Source of the DNA: Veleropilina oligotropha
Taxonomy: Eukaryota
Length of the DNA stretch: 64,000 nt
Direction: 5' to 3'
Assembly (NCBI GenBank): GCA_048128005.1
Contig: JBEUKZ010000060.1
Span: 372,001-436,000, forward strand
Translations under genes and position numbers: made by a program
Notes under the pieces: model-generated
What the model saw: the letters and a program-made list of their open reading frames with translations, nothing else
Database searches by the model: none
Told to the model about the DNA's origin: nothing
In this document: positions 46,948-58,779 of the stretch, in pieces
Layout: each line of letters begins with the position of its first letter
How positions within the stretch are numbered: position 1 is the stretch's first letter

Positions 46948-47272
46948 TCATATTCATTCTTGTCTTCTATTTCATATGTATCACTCTCCGGTAGATCAAT
47001 CAGCGTCGTCGTTTTTGTTGTATCCGCCTTGTTGTTTCTTTTTCGCACTAATTTCCATGTATCAGTCGTATCGGCTTCTGTGTCTGTCTTGGGTGTGTCG
47101 TCCGTCTGGAAACCCACGTCGCAGTGTTCCTTGTTGAAGATTTCCTCCAGTAATTCAACGGCCGCGTAGAGGGTATTACACTTCTCACATACAAAAACAA
47201 AACCATCCATGCATGCATAATCAGACTCCACATTTGCACACTCAGTCGCAAAAACTGCCCACATATCACACT

Positions 47273-47668
47273 GGTTTATGCCCATAACGACTACGTTCCT
47301 ATAACGACTATTTCCTATAACGACTACGATAGGGTCCATTACATCTCAGGCACTTGAGAAGTGTTCACTTTGTTATTAAATGTGGTCACTGCATTAAATA
47401 TATATATTAAATATATAGGCCTGCGGCCCGAATTCTGCCCATCTTATATACATTGTCACTGTTGTGTAGAAAACTACTAAAACCTCCATGTCTTATATAT
47501 TTGCCCATGACGCGGTTTCAAGCCCTGATCGGGCATTCATTTGAATCAAATTCAGATTCAGTGTAATTAACACCTTTTTAATTCCCTTTTCACACCCTAG
47601 CAATTCCTCTAACGACTACGGTAAAAATCGTAGTCGTTATAGGAACGTAGTCGTTATAGGACGACACC
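47273..47668. mobile_element. MITE with 8-bp TSD (Merlin-like) inserted in the CR1 ORF1 PHD finger
   Basis: TSD ATCACACT (47265-47272 and 47669-47676); TIRs GGT..ATAACGACTACGTTCC with internal repeats. Removing it restores CDKCD-MW. Confidence 0.8.
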
Positions 47669-48176
47669 ATCACACTTATCACAACAGATCCATTTGCACA
47701 AAATATCACCCTCCCTGCATACAATATATCGACTACCCATTTTAAATAACCGTGAATTAAGCAGAAAAGAAAGAAACTTCCTATAGCGAATTATTTACAA
47801 TATGGCGACTTTCCAGTGAGCCCTTTGTCAAACAGAAAAATAACAATTTCACAAATACTACTTTATCAAACGTCCGTAAATTTTCTCAGTGCAACTGCTA
47901 ATATGTAATGATATGATGTATCCGATTTACATATAATAAAAATCTCTTTATACTAATACTTAGCTGATTTCCTTCTTGATTCGTAGAGCAATTCAGTTTT
48001 CCTGTCACTTCTAGCGCATGCGCACATACTTGTTGGGTTTTAAAGTTTGATTCACTGGATTTTGACAGGATTACAGTATGAGTGAGCTGTTTTAATACAA
48101 TCATGAAATCATCAGTGACATTGGAGTTATTGAACAAGCCAATTACGATATACATACATTTTTTCAGGTGAAAGCC

Positions 48177-48340
48177 ATGTCGTGTGTCCTGATCACTGCC
48201 TTGTTGTTTGTTGGTGTCGCTCTCGGTGACAAGAGGATCATTGATCTCAGCTACACACACGACAATAATTCTCTGTTTTGGCCGGGAAGTCCACCATTCA
48301 AATTTACTATCCTAAGTCGGGGCATCGTTAATGACCACTG
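48177..48340 (+). CDS. Kynurenine formamidase/isatin hydrolase-like cyclase, coding exon 1 (signal peptide)
   Basis: Acceptor TTTTCAG at 48167; MSCVLITALLFVGVALGDKRIIDLSYTHD..FWPG..; donor TG|GTAAGT, phase 2. Confidence 0.85.
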
Positions 48341-48496
48341 GTAAGTTATGTCAGGTATTTGAATAGTTTAGTCGCGTTAATCAAGTAATTATTAATCTTG
48401 ACAGCTTGCTAATGCAGTCAAATATTATTTGTTTACTGTATTGTGTTCACAGCGAACAACATAGATACAATTATTGTTCTGTATACAGGAAGATGA

Positions 48497-48698
48497 TTGG
48501 GATCGATGCTTATTGTCCTGTTTAATACTAGGACATGACCGTATCACCGTGGAGGGAAAACCCTCCCATCTTCGGCTAGGTAAGGACACGTGTGACTGGT
48601 AACTGAACAAAGAAAGCCATTGACCAACCGAGTTTCGACCGCACTCAGAGCAGTAAAGCCAGAGACGACACTCGAAAAACCCGGCTACCGGAACGGCC
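48497..48698 (-). mobile_element. tRNA-derived SINE (degenerate)
   Basis: Head GGCCGTTCCGGTAGCCGGG..GGTCGAAACTC. Confidence 0.5.
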
Positions 48699-48866
48699 AT
48701 GTTATATACGGTATTTGAACAGTTTGATATCGTACAAGTAATTGTTCATCATAACAGCTTATCTATTAAAGTATCATTTTGTTTAACTGTATTATATTCA
48801 CAGCGAACAATATACTAGCGGAAAAAGCAATTTGTGCATTGCTTAAAATTTTTTATAATGAGATAA

Positions 48867-51090
48867 TTAGGGCCCCGCAGGGAGGCCTATAGTGATCACC
48901 TTTTCCGTCCGTGCGTCCCAGCATTGAGATCCCAGGTTAAAGTTTATTTTTCCCAATCTTCAGGTTAAGGTTCCAGGTAAATGTTCATTTGCCCAATCTT
49001 AAGGTTAAGGACAAGACACTTTTGACTTTTAAAGAGATTTTAATGTTATTGTGATTTTCATATTTTATTTAATTATTATTTTAAAAGGAAATATAACTTT
49101 ATTGAATTTAGACCACTTGCCTCTTTGTCAGCCTTGTTCTAGGCTTGTAGTGCATACTACAGGCACAGTAAGCAGTGAGACTTAAGGTGACAGTTTGTGA
49201 GGCTTTATACTTGTACATGTATATAGCTTCCCTTGTTCGGAATATCCAACAGGTTCTTTGATCATGATATTATGCCGATCAAGAGTAAACTGTATCCCAT
49301 GGTCAGTGAAGGTTCAGGTTAATGTTTAATTTGCTCAATCTTAATGTTAAGGTCCCAGGTTAAAGTTTTGTTTGCCCAGTCTTCTCATTAAGGTCCCAGG
49401 TTAAAGTTTTGTTTGTCCAATCTTCACATTAAGGTCCCAGGTTAAAGTTTTGTTTGTCCAATCTTCACATTAAGGTTCCAGGTTAAAGTTTTGTTTGGCC
49501 AATCTTCTCATTAAGGTCCCAGGTTAAAGTTTCATGTGCCAAAATGTTGACAAAGTGTAATAAAGTATTATAATAAATCTTTATTTCTGCACTATAACTC
49601 AAGAAATATAGCACTAAGTATCTTTAAATATGAAAGTTGCTTGGTAGGTGAATCTTATGACAAGGAAGAAGGCTGTTCATTTCCAATGATATCATTCAAT
49701 TTTTTGTTTCCAGACGCAAAAATAAGAATTAATAAATTTCTTTTGTTTATTCATCTAAATATTATGTTTGTATGATGAAAGGGACATGTGCTTATCTGTA
49801 AGACTTGCTCACTGCCAATAGGCAAAGTAAGCTGTTAAGCTTAATGGTCACTCTGTGAAGCTGGGATTATCAAAATCGGATGGATTTTGAAAACTGGCTT
49901 CCCCATTGGTTTATTCCATGGGTATCTTGATATGGCAGTATATTGTCATTAAAAGATCAGACTGTTTCCAGTGTCTATTATCACTCTCCTCAATTGATCA
50001 AGGTTAGCTTATTAGGGCCCCGCAAGGCGGCCCTATAGTGATCACCTTTTCCGTCCGTCCGTCGCAGATTTGGTTAAGGTTCAGGTTAACGCTGCTGTTA
50101 ACACACTTTGCCCTGAATGTATGGCAATAAATGAACAAGAGAATGTTCCTACATGATGTAGTGGCATTAGTTTAAGGAATTTGACATGTTTAATGGACCT
50201 TGAAGGGAATTAAGCTCTAAACAAGTCCTGGTTAAGGTGTTTGGTTAAAGCTTCCACTTGGTGCTAATACTTCATATTTTCATATGCTTTGTTTGATAAA
50301 GACAATTTTTTGTCAAAAGTTTGTTTGAAGATCACTATTATGAATCCTTCCTGAAACTGTAGTGTTGATATTGAATGAATTTACTTGAAAATTTTATGGT
50401 TAAGGTACCAGTTAAAGCTTCTACTTGAAGCATTTTTCCAAGTTTTGATGCCCGATTTGATGTTTTGAAACAGTTAAAGCTTGGATATCACTATTAGTTG
50501 CAATTTCATTAAAGATATTTGTAAATTTTATTTTTTTTCAGAATATTTAATAGAAAATGTATTGGTTAATGTGCCAGGATAAAGCTTCTGCTCTGCATAT
50601 TTGGTTAAGGTTCAGATTAACGCTTCTGTTAACAAACTTAGCTCTATATGTATGCTAATAAATGAACAAGGGAATGTTCCTACATGCTGTAGTGGTATTA
50701 TTGAAAGGAATTTGACATGTTTAATGGATATTGGAGGGAATTTTGCATAAAATATCTTGGTTAAGGTGTTTGGTTAAAGCTTACATTTGGTATTAAATAG
50801 TTCATTTTTTCATATGATTTAATGTTTAGTTTCTGCCTGTCTCTGACTACAGGTACATCAAGGTGAGAGAGGTAACAGTTTGTGACACAATATCATCATG
50901 TATAGCTTTTCTGTTGGAAATATCCAGTGCATAATGATTTTGGAGTATCAACAGCATAAGCTTCATTAAATGGTCAATGTAAATTTATCTTCTATTTTTT
51001 CATATATAACAATTATTGCTCACATGTGAATGTTTATCGAGTTATATTGGTGGAGCGGGGCCCACTGTGATGGCACCCCATCACTTGTTA
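48867..51090 (+). mobile_element. HINE/DINE-like (Helentron-associated) elements with internal tandem repeats
   Basis: Heads TTAGGGCCCCGC..(CCGT)n at 48867 and 50012; ~41-bp tandem array at 49310-49530; 3' GCGGGGCCC, GTGATGG/CCATCAC hairpin and TTGTT at 51055-51090. Confidence 0.65.
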
Positions 51091-52764
51091 TCTAGTTGTA
51101 TAATGCAAAGCGACGAAACGTTCAGTTGTTATATTTATTGTAGACTAATTGGTGAAGTTAAGTTCAAACGTCACAATATTTGTATTTTCACTGATAGAAA
51201 TGAATAACATGCCAGTTCACGAGATAATCCCATGCATGTCCACCTTTTGCATCGACGCAAACCTGGTACCGTCAGCTCATGGAACCCACCAGATGGTTAA
51301 AAAAGAGTTGCGGAATGTTTTTTCATATATACCTGCACTATGGCCTGTGTCAAATGGGTCAACGTCTTGGGCTCAGCGCTGATTGGCAAGCCACGCAAAA
51401 CTGGGGACAATCTTTTGTTGTGGCAGTGTTGTAATAAGTAAGGATTTCAGGCAATGGCCTCGTGATTATCTTAGTATTCAGCTGGGGACGTGCGCCGAAT
51501 CTCCCGAGAACAGTGACCGCTTACCAAATGTAGCATCCGAGATGCCAGACAGATAAATCGAGCCACACATAATTCTAAACTTATTTCGAAGGATATTACT
51601 GGAGAAGCAGTTAGTCCAGCCTCTTTGGGAATGGTGCACTAGGCCGAGGGTTCACTAAATAATTATGTAATATATGCAAGACGAGATTCGGCTCGTTTCG
51701 TTTCGCAGCCGTCAGCAGATCACGTCCTCCGCCCCGGGCTCTCGGGGCTAAGGGACAAGATGTGTATAGTATAGCAATTAATAACATATAAAATCGGACT
51801 AGTGAACCCTCGGACTAGGGAGAGTAACCCGCCTTTTTATGGAAGAATGCGCTGTGTTATGGACACATGACATAACTGAGGAATATGCGATCAGCTTCAT
51901 GGAAACCTTCAAATAGGCTACCATCTTCCGCTTTGCGATATGTGCCTGATAATTCAATACCACATGACCAGAAATCGCATGCATGGTCAGATTATCTCGC
52001 TCTGGTGCTGGCTCAAGTCGTAAACGTCAACTCGCCTTACTGACGACACTGCACGCACAAAAGATTTTCCTTAGTTTCCCACGCAACCAAGTACAACTGG
52101 CTGGCTTGTTATAGCAGTACATGTCGAAAACGAAAGATTATTCACGAAGATCCCACACCAGTTCAATTATGGAACAATGCTATTATTCAGTATCATCATA
52201 CGAAAACAACTCGCTAAGCTGATGTAATGATATATCATAATCAGCCACGTGATTGCATTGCATCAGCTGAGCCTGTCAGTATAGTGACTCAACCATCATG
52301 GTGATTTGTACATAATTATTTATTCGTTCTGATCGTTCATTTATATATCCACAATAATATGACTGTGAAAATTAACATCAAGATTCAAGAGCACATGCAA
52401 TCACCAGAGAAAGAGTCGCAGATAATCTAGTCATCTAGGACAGAAACATCGAAGCATCTGCAGGCACGGATGGTGGACATCACGTCGTCTTTCTTCACCA
52501 AACTCCATGAATGCTGATGAATTACGAAAGAAAATGACCTTCTCAACATTTACGTAAAATAGTACACCTAAGATTGTAGCGGATAGCGATAGTTTAATAA
52601 GTTCATGACCGACAGATATGTCAGATTTGGGAAAAGCTTTTACGAAATGATCAAGATCGGTTTTGCGTAACGTAGGATTACAATTTATAACGGTGTATTT
52701 TGGCTTTGATTCCAAGTTCAACGTCAGCCGAGTATCATCGGCGTGTATCATAACACTGAATAGG

Positions 52765-52831
<67 letters not shown>

Positions 52832-53184
52832 TGTTATTTATTTAAAGTGTTAAATATAACCTATAATCACCTTTACAATTTGTAAAGTAAGCAACTTTGT
52901 TGTACAATATGAGTAAAATATAGCATTTAATTACCTTTAAGAAAAGGGATTTATGAATATAGTATATATTATTACTGATGATAATGACATTATTATGTAT
53001 TTATGTTATCTGTGATTAGATACATGCTCCGATAGGAACAATCTTCAAATTCGTCCATGTTGGCATATGCTTTTTAAGAATTGCGTCCGTATTGTCATTT
53101 CTCCATGATTAGTTGGCTATTGTTATCAGATACGAGATCACGTTGTCTGCATTGTCCACAGATCTCGTTTTTCTTTGCTTGCAG

Positions 53185-53875
53185 GTACGAGTCAAATGCA
53201 TTTTTCACAGCAGAGCACGGAGGAACTCACATGGACGCGCCGGCCCATTTCTACAAGGGACACTGGCGGATACACGAAATCCCCCTCGAGAGGATGATGG
53301 GACCAGCAGTCGTCATCGACGTGACGTCACAGGCGGCGGCTTCCCCAGACTATCGCCTCTCCGTTATAGACTTGGAGAATTGGGAGTCTGTGCACGGACA
53401 AATACCACGTGGCGCCGTGGTGTTGATGAATTCCGGTTGGTCTTCGCGGTATCCCGTCCCCGAGTTAGTGTTTAATACATCTGATCCAGTGAATGTCAGC
53501 ACCTTTCATTTCCCAGGGTTTCACAGTGACGCTGCCACGTGGTTGGTGACCCACCGCGAAGTGAACATGATCGGCGTGGACACGCCTTCCGTGGACTTCG
53601 GACAAAGCACCGACTTCCAAGCTCACATCACGATTGCTCGCCATAATATTTCTATCCTTGAAAATGTTGCCAACCTGGATCAAATTTCAAATACGCCTAC
53701 CACAATTCTCGCCATGCCCCTCAAGTTGTACGGAAGCAGCGGTTGTCCAGTGCGCGTCGTTGGTCTAGTGGACGAAGACCAGATGACCAGTGGCCGAACG
53801 GAACATCGCTTGAACTCTTTCCTGGTCAGCTTTCCAACCATCACTCTGTTCTACCTCGATATTCGTGGGGTATGA
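53185..53875 (+). CDS. Kynurenine formamidase/isatin hydrolase-like cyclase, coding exon 2
   Basis: Acceptor TTGCAG|G, in frame with exon 1 (284 aa in total); HGGTHMDAPAH metal-binding motif, IGVDTPSVD and ILENVANL; AATAAA at about 53966. Confidence 0.92.
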
Positions 53876-54020
53876 TGTGACAGTGCCAAGCAATGTGCTA
53901 TCCTGAAGCACAACGCGATTGTAGACTAGGGCTATATATATAGTTCGGAATATTCATATATTTATAATAAAATTGCGGTTTATGTTATTAACTTTAAAAA
54001 ATTCATTACTTCCTGTTTGC

Positions 54021-54359
54021 TAGCGCAGTGGGTAGAGTGTCCACTCTAAATTCACTGGCTTGTTTCCGCTGACGCGAACAGTAGTAGGATCGACCCCGGG
54101 TGAGGCAGCACACATTTGTTCAAGTTATGAAGCACAGTTGTCCGTGACTGGCCGAAGAGGGCGGGTTTACCCGGCGACCGGGGTTTCCTCCCGCGAAAAC
54201 ACGGACATGTCCTGCCTTGAACCTCGATGTTATAAATATACAGGACCACTCTGCTCGCATAGTCATAGTCTAGTCATAGTCTATAAGCCTGGGGCGTCGT
54301 TTCGTATTCTCTTTGCCTGGAGAGTGATACAGGACATTAAGCATAATTCCTCCTCCTCC
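54021..54359 (+). mobile_element. tRNA-derived SINE (same family as the 12588 copy)
   Basis: 14-bp TSD TACTTCCTGTTTGC and a (CCT)n tail. Confidence 0.88.
54247..54326. mobile_element. 80-bp mini-MITE inside the SINE
   Basis: 9-bp TSD ATACAGGAC; TIR CACTCT..GCA / TGC..AGAGTG; absent from the 12588 SINE copy. Confidence 0.8.
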
Positions 54360-54482
54360 TACTTCCTGTTTGCATCAAACTTTTTCGTTATTGAATTGCG
54401 TGCCCACATGAACTGGGGTCTCTTACAGAGCACTGCTTATGATCTCTTCCCCGAGCTCCACCGCAGCTGAGCTACTGCCTAC

Positions 54483-54705
54483 TGTCCTCGATAGCTCAAC
54501 TGGTAGAACGTCGGAAAAACGTTAAGTGGTATGTTAGGATGTGGGTTAAAATCCCCGCTCCGACGTGGCTGATTCTAACCTTAAAACTAATAGAAGGCAT
54601 ATCCCTGATGTATGTCGGTCAGATCGGAGTGAGACCTTAAACCGGGTGTCCCGACTGCGATAAAGCTGAAAAATAGCCAAAAATGTGGTCGTAAGACAAA
54701 TTTAC
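54483..54705 (+). mobile_element. tRNA-derived SINE (degenerate)
   Basis: A box TAGCTCAACTGG and B-box-like GGTTAAAATCC. Confidence 0.5.
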
Positions 54706-54830
54706 GGACGTACGTTCACCCAGCCTAAAAGCATACAGAAAATAACGTTGTCCCTGAATCAATGTAGGCCTATTACGAATCGATGATTCATAATAGTTAT
54801 ACACATATTATGGTTATTATTTAATAAATA

Positions 54831-54960
54831 ATAATTATGCAAACTAGTATTTGCTGAGCAGTAAGGCGCCTACGCGACACACTTGAATTAATAAATAATA
54901 ACTCAAGTGTGTTACGTATGCGCCTTACTGCTCAGCAAATACTAGTTTGCATAATATTAT
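54831..54960. repeat. Near-perfect 130-bp palindrome (foldback element)
   Basis: ATAATTATGCAAACTAGTATTTGCTGAGCAGTAAGGCGC and its exact reverse complement. Confidence 0.9.
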
Positions 54961-57818
54961 TGTTTTGCTTTAAATTTATTATTAGTCATTAGATCGTTAT
55001 TTGTTGGGCATTACATTTCAAAACAGATATCCAAACAGAGAATCGATAATCATATTAGAGTAGATGAAGCAAATCACGTTGACTTTGCAATCGAGAACAT
55101 GGAAACTTACTTTGGAAAATGGAAGACGATTATCTTATTGTAATCGGAAGGAACAAAACAGTCCAAGTGGTTCATTTAATTTCTCATCACAAATTAATTC
55201 TTATTATCAAATTTGAAAAGCGATATATTTTGTCGAAATATATCTTCATGACCTAATATTGTTTTCGTTTTATTATTATATATAAAAGATACACAATTAA
55301 GATTTTACCTGTCACCCCTATTCATAATAAAGCAGTGTCGTCTACGGCAATAAGTGACAGAAAATGCTGCTTTCTCATTGGTGGAGATTTGATATGAGCT
55401 AAGTACAATATGTCACCCAGTTGTCAGCAAGTCGTTTGCGTTGACGATGTGTCACTCAGATATTTCATAAAACAAGCGGCACGTTAGGTGGATGTTTTAA
55501 ATGAAGCTGCGAAAACTTAGCCGACAAAATGGTAAGCACTATATCGCAATTTAAAAATACTTTGTCGAAATTTAACACGATTAAATCGTATATTATCGGC
55601 GAGATAAATGAAAGATGTACACAACTATGTTATGTAATGACATTTTATTTTATTGAACTGAATTTTTCAAAAGGGGCGTCAACATTTTATAACATACTAG
55701 GCCCAAAGCGGAAGAAAATTTGACAATATAGCCTGCATACTCCTGCACTCTGAGAGTGCAAACTCGACATTTTTATCAACATTTAATAAGGATCATATTC
55801 ACCTAACTATATTAGTAAAATTATCGTGAGGCGTTCGTACTTCCGATTTAGGCCTTTATGTGTTTCGGATTGAATATGACCTTGCGTATCTGCAATCGCA
55901 CGGGATGTTCCATGTATGGTGTCATTTTTGATAGGTCATACTCTGATAGTGCCACAAGGTACGCAAAATGATTTAATTCATATCGTTCATATTTTTAGAT
56001 ATACAGAAATCTATAAAAAAATTCCGGTAAACATACTTCATTATCGCTTATGTGGAAACGTTGTACTATTGTGCAGCTGCTAGTAGGTCCTACCTATTTT
56101 TTATTTTATCTTATTATTGTTTTGACAGAATATCAAGGATGAAATAATTGTCACAATGTAGCATGGAAAATGTATAAGCATCCTCGTATATAATTGTGAC
56201 TATCTGATTCTCTTGCGTATGAGTTCTAATCGAAAATTCTGAACCAGACTTTGTTGCCAATGGTAGTGATCTGAACAAATTAGTCCCGACGTTTTACTGG
56301 AGTAAACTGGGGCGCTAATTAGATTATTTTTGACAGCCAAAAGTACACCACCCATTTCTCCTTTAAATGTTATCGTTGGGATGAATCAACACCTCGGATG
56401 AATGCACACCACTGTGCTCTCAGGTATCAGTTCCTATTATGTCTGGTTCTGAATTTTCGATCACGCATAGAAAATGAATGGGTTAAGAGCTGGACACACA
56501 TGATATGTACCCTTCACATCACGGAAGGTATCCGATTCGTCAATTTAGCCATATCAATGAAGTTGAATATGTTCAGCCGCACTGGGTGCGGAACCGAGCC
56601 GACACGGTAACTACGGTATGTCAAGTTGCGATTGCGTAAATTTGAGAAAAGTCCATGTACATTCATAACATAATTGACGGATACGAAGCCTCCTATTTTA
56701 CATGTTTTCTCCATGTACATTCAGAACAGAATTGATGGATCCGAAGCTTCCGATTTTACATGTTTTTTCTTCGCTAGAGCTGCTTTTGAGTAGCGCAGAT
56801 GATCCTTCTGTTTCCAAAAGAGAAGCATTGGGGGATTGTTAGTTTCCATTCATCATGTGCACCACAGAACAATAATGGCGTCTAGGATAACATCAAAACA
56901 TCATGCTTCAGTGGCGGAGATGTATACGATAAATTATAATGACAGAGGCTCAGCAACACCAGACCATGTATGATCGATCCTGGTTGCAAAGGCGATCATG
57001 ACGCATCTCTTAAAGAAACTTTGTAACTCGTCATATTTATATTGATATTGATGACAAGTATTGTTGCTTAGCGTATGTCGATCGCGTATTTATGTTATCA
57101 GGTACATGCCACCTCTACCATGTGTTAATATCTCGCATCCAGTGTAGGAAGGCCTGCGTTTTTGACGCATGTTGCAGTATGAAGAAAAATCGTACCGTGT
57201 CCGTGACGTAAAGCATACGCATCCTATGTGGCGATCCCTTTATACCGCCCACCAAACCGAACTGACGTAACTCATGCTCAGGAAACCATCCAAGAGATAT
57301 CAGCCCTGCGTACCTGAATAAGAGGTGGCTGGAATCTGCCTGACATCCCTTAGTGTGACCGGGAATCGGAACCCGAAGGAATAAACGATTTGAACATATC
57401 ATGTATGTTAGGACAAGTGGTTACCATCCCGACAAGAGGAATCAATCTACTGGACATGTTGTTGACTAGCAATCCATTCCTTATCACAAATTGTAATACC
57501 ATGTCAGGAGTTGGTGACCACGACGCACTCCTCATCGACTGGACACAAGCCGAATGGACACACAATCTTTATGTGGGACAAAGTCGACATAGAAGTACTT
57601 ATCCAAGAGACCACCAGCTATATAATTATATCAAGTCATTATTCAGTAAAAGCTTCGAAGGAGAAGACAACATGAGAGATTTCATGGGCAACATCCTGAG
57701 AAATTGCAAAAGCATAATGTTCCTAGTAAATTGTCGAGATCTCGAATTACCAGCCAATAGATGAACACCGAAACCAGAAGACTACGTAGGCGGAAAGACC
57801 GAGCACACAACAATGCCA

Positions 57819-58390
57819 GGGGCCTGTTTCACGTACATGACTTAGGCTATAGCCTAAGTCGGTTATTTTCACGAAAAACAAATGGTGGACAACACCCGCT
57901 TCGAATATCATTTAGCCAATTAAACATATTTTAGTTCTACATTGAGACATACCACTACTTTAAATATAAGTCATTTTCATGAAAATATATTATTACCATA
58001 AATTAGAGATAATAATTATTAGTTTAGAAAGAAAACAAATGTATGCCAATCGTTGTACATTTCTCTCCAGGAAAGTCGACTATCAAATCCTTAGCCACCT
58101 ATGTAGCTGGCTAAGGATCATAGCCATATAAGGCGGCTTTCTTAGATGGCTAAGGTTTTGTGAAAGGCTCTTAGTTGGCAATGGTCACCGACTTTGGCTA
58201 AGGTTAGTCGAAGTCATGTATGTGAAACGCTCGGAAAATATATAGTCGTCTAACCTTTGTATTAGATAATACATGCAAAGCTGCCTAACAAACTTAGCCG
58301 GATATGACATGTTCTTAGCCAACAAAGGTATTTGCTTAGCCGGATATCCTCACCGACTTAGGCTAAGCGTAGCCTGTATGAGTAGAGGAA
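57819..58390. mobile_element. Harbinger-like MITE with CTTAGCC subterminal repeats, amid decayed LINE fragments (about 57340-58780)
   Basis: Starts GGGGCCTGTTTCAC; repeated GACTTAGGCTA and CTTAGCC motifs; flanking peptides PTRGINLLDMLLT..DHDAL and SKPFYNYIR. Confidence 0.5.
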
Positions 58391-58779
58391 GGGGGGGGGG
58401 GCGGTGTGTCATCTTCGACGTGATTGGTGAGTGGCGGTACTTATTGTTTGTGTCATCCTTGGTAAAAAGTGACTGGAATTGTTGTATGAGGATTTCTGCC
58501 TTACCCTTGCTGCACATGTCGCTGACAAGATGGCCATGTTCCCGTAGTGGAGCGATACCAATGTTGTCCTCTTTCTTATGTAATTGTAGAACGGTTTGGA
58601 GTTGTTGTTGCGGAGGCCTTCATCTATAATGCTGTCTATGTGTGTCCATTCAGCTTTACGGATAAATTTCTTAGGTTCTCGTTGGCATTTTCTGTATTTA
58701 GTCCAGTTGTTAGATCGCTTTGCTTTTTTATGGTCTTGCCTTGCGCTTGAGTTGGCGTTCGACATCTCTGGTGATCCAG

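Larger units (their letters stand above)
39920..47820 (-). mobile_element. Full-length but disrupted CR1 LINE: ORF1 (PHD + SGNH esterase) and ORF2 (APE + RT)
   Basis: ORF1 starts at 47740 with MGSRYIVC..WICCDKCD|MW..C..FVCEKC; esterase GSSIVR..GTNN..DGLHP (42828-43484); RT 40046-41482 with YLDFQKAFDKVPH, FADD and LRRIRGDMI. Confidence 0.88.

Noticed and set aside
53081..53184. 5' part of the 264-aa ORF as coding sequence
   Set aside because: It is intron sequence ending in a polypyrimidine tract and AG; the true N-terminus is the exon at 48177.
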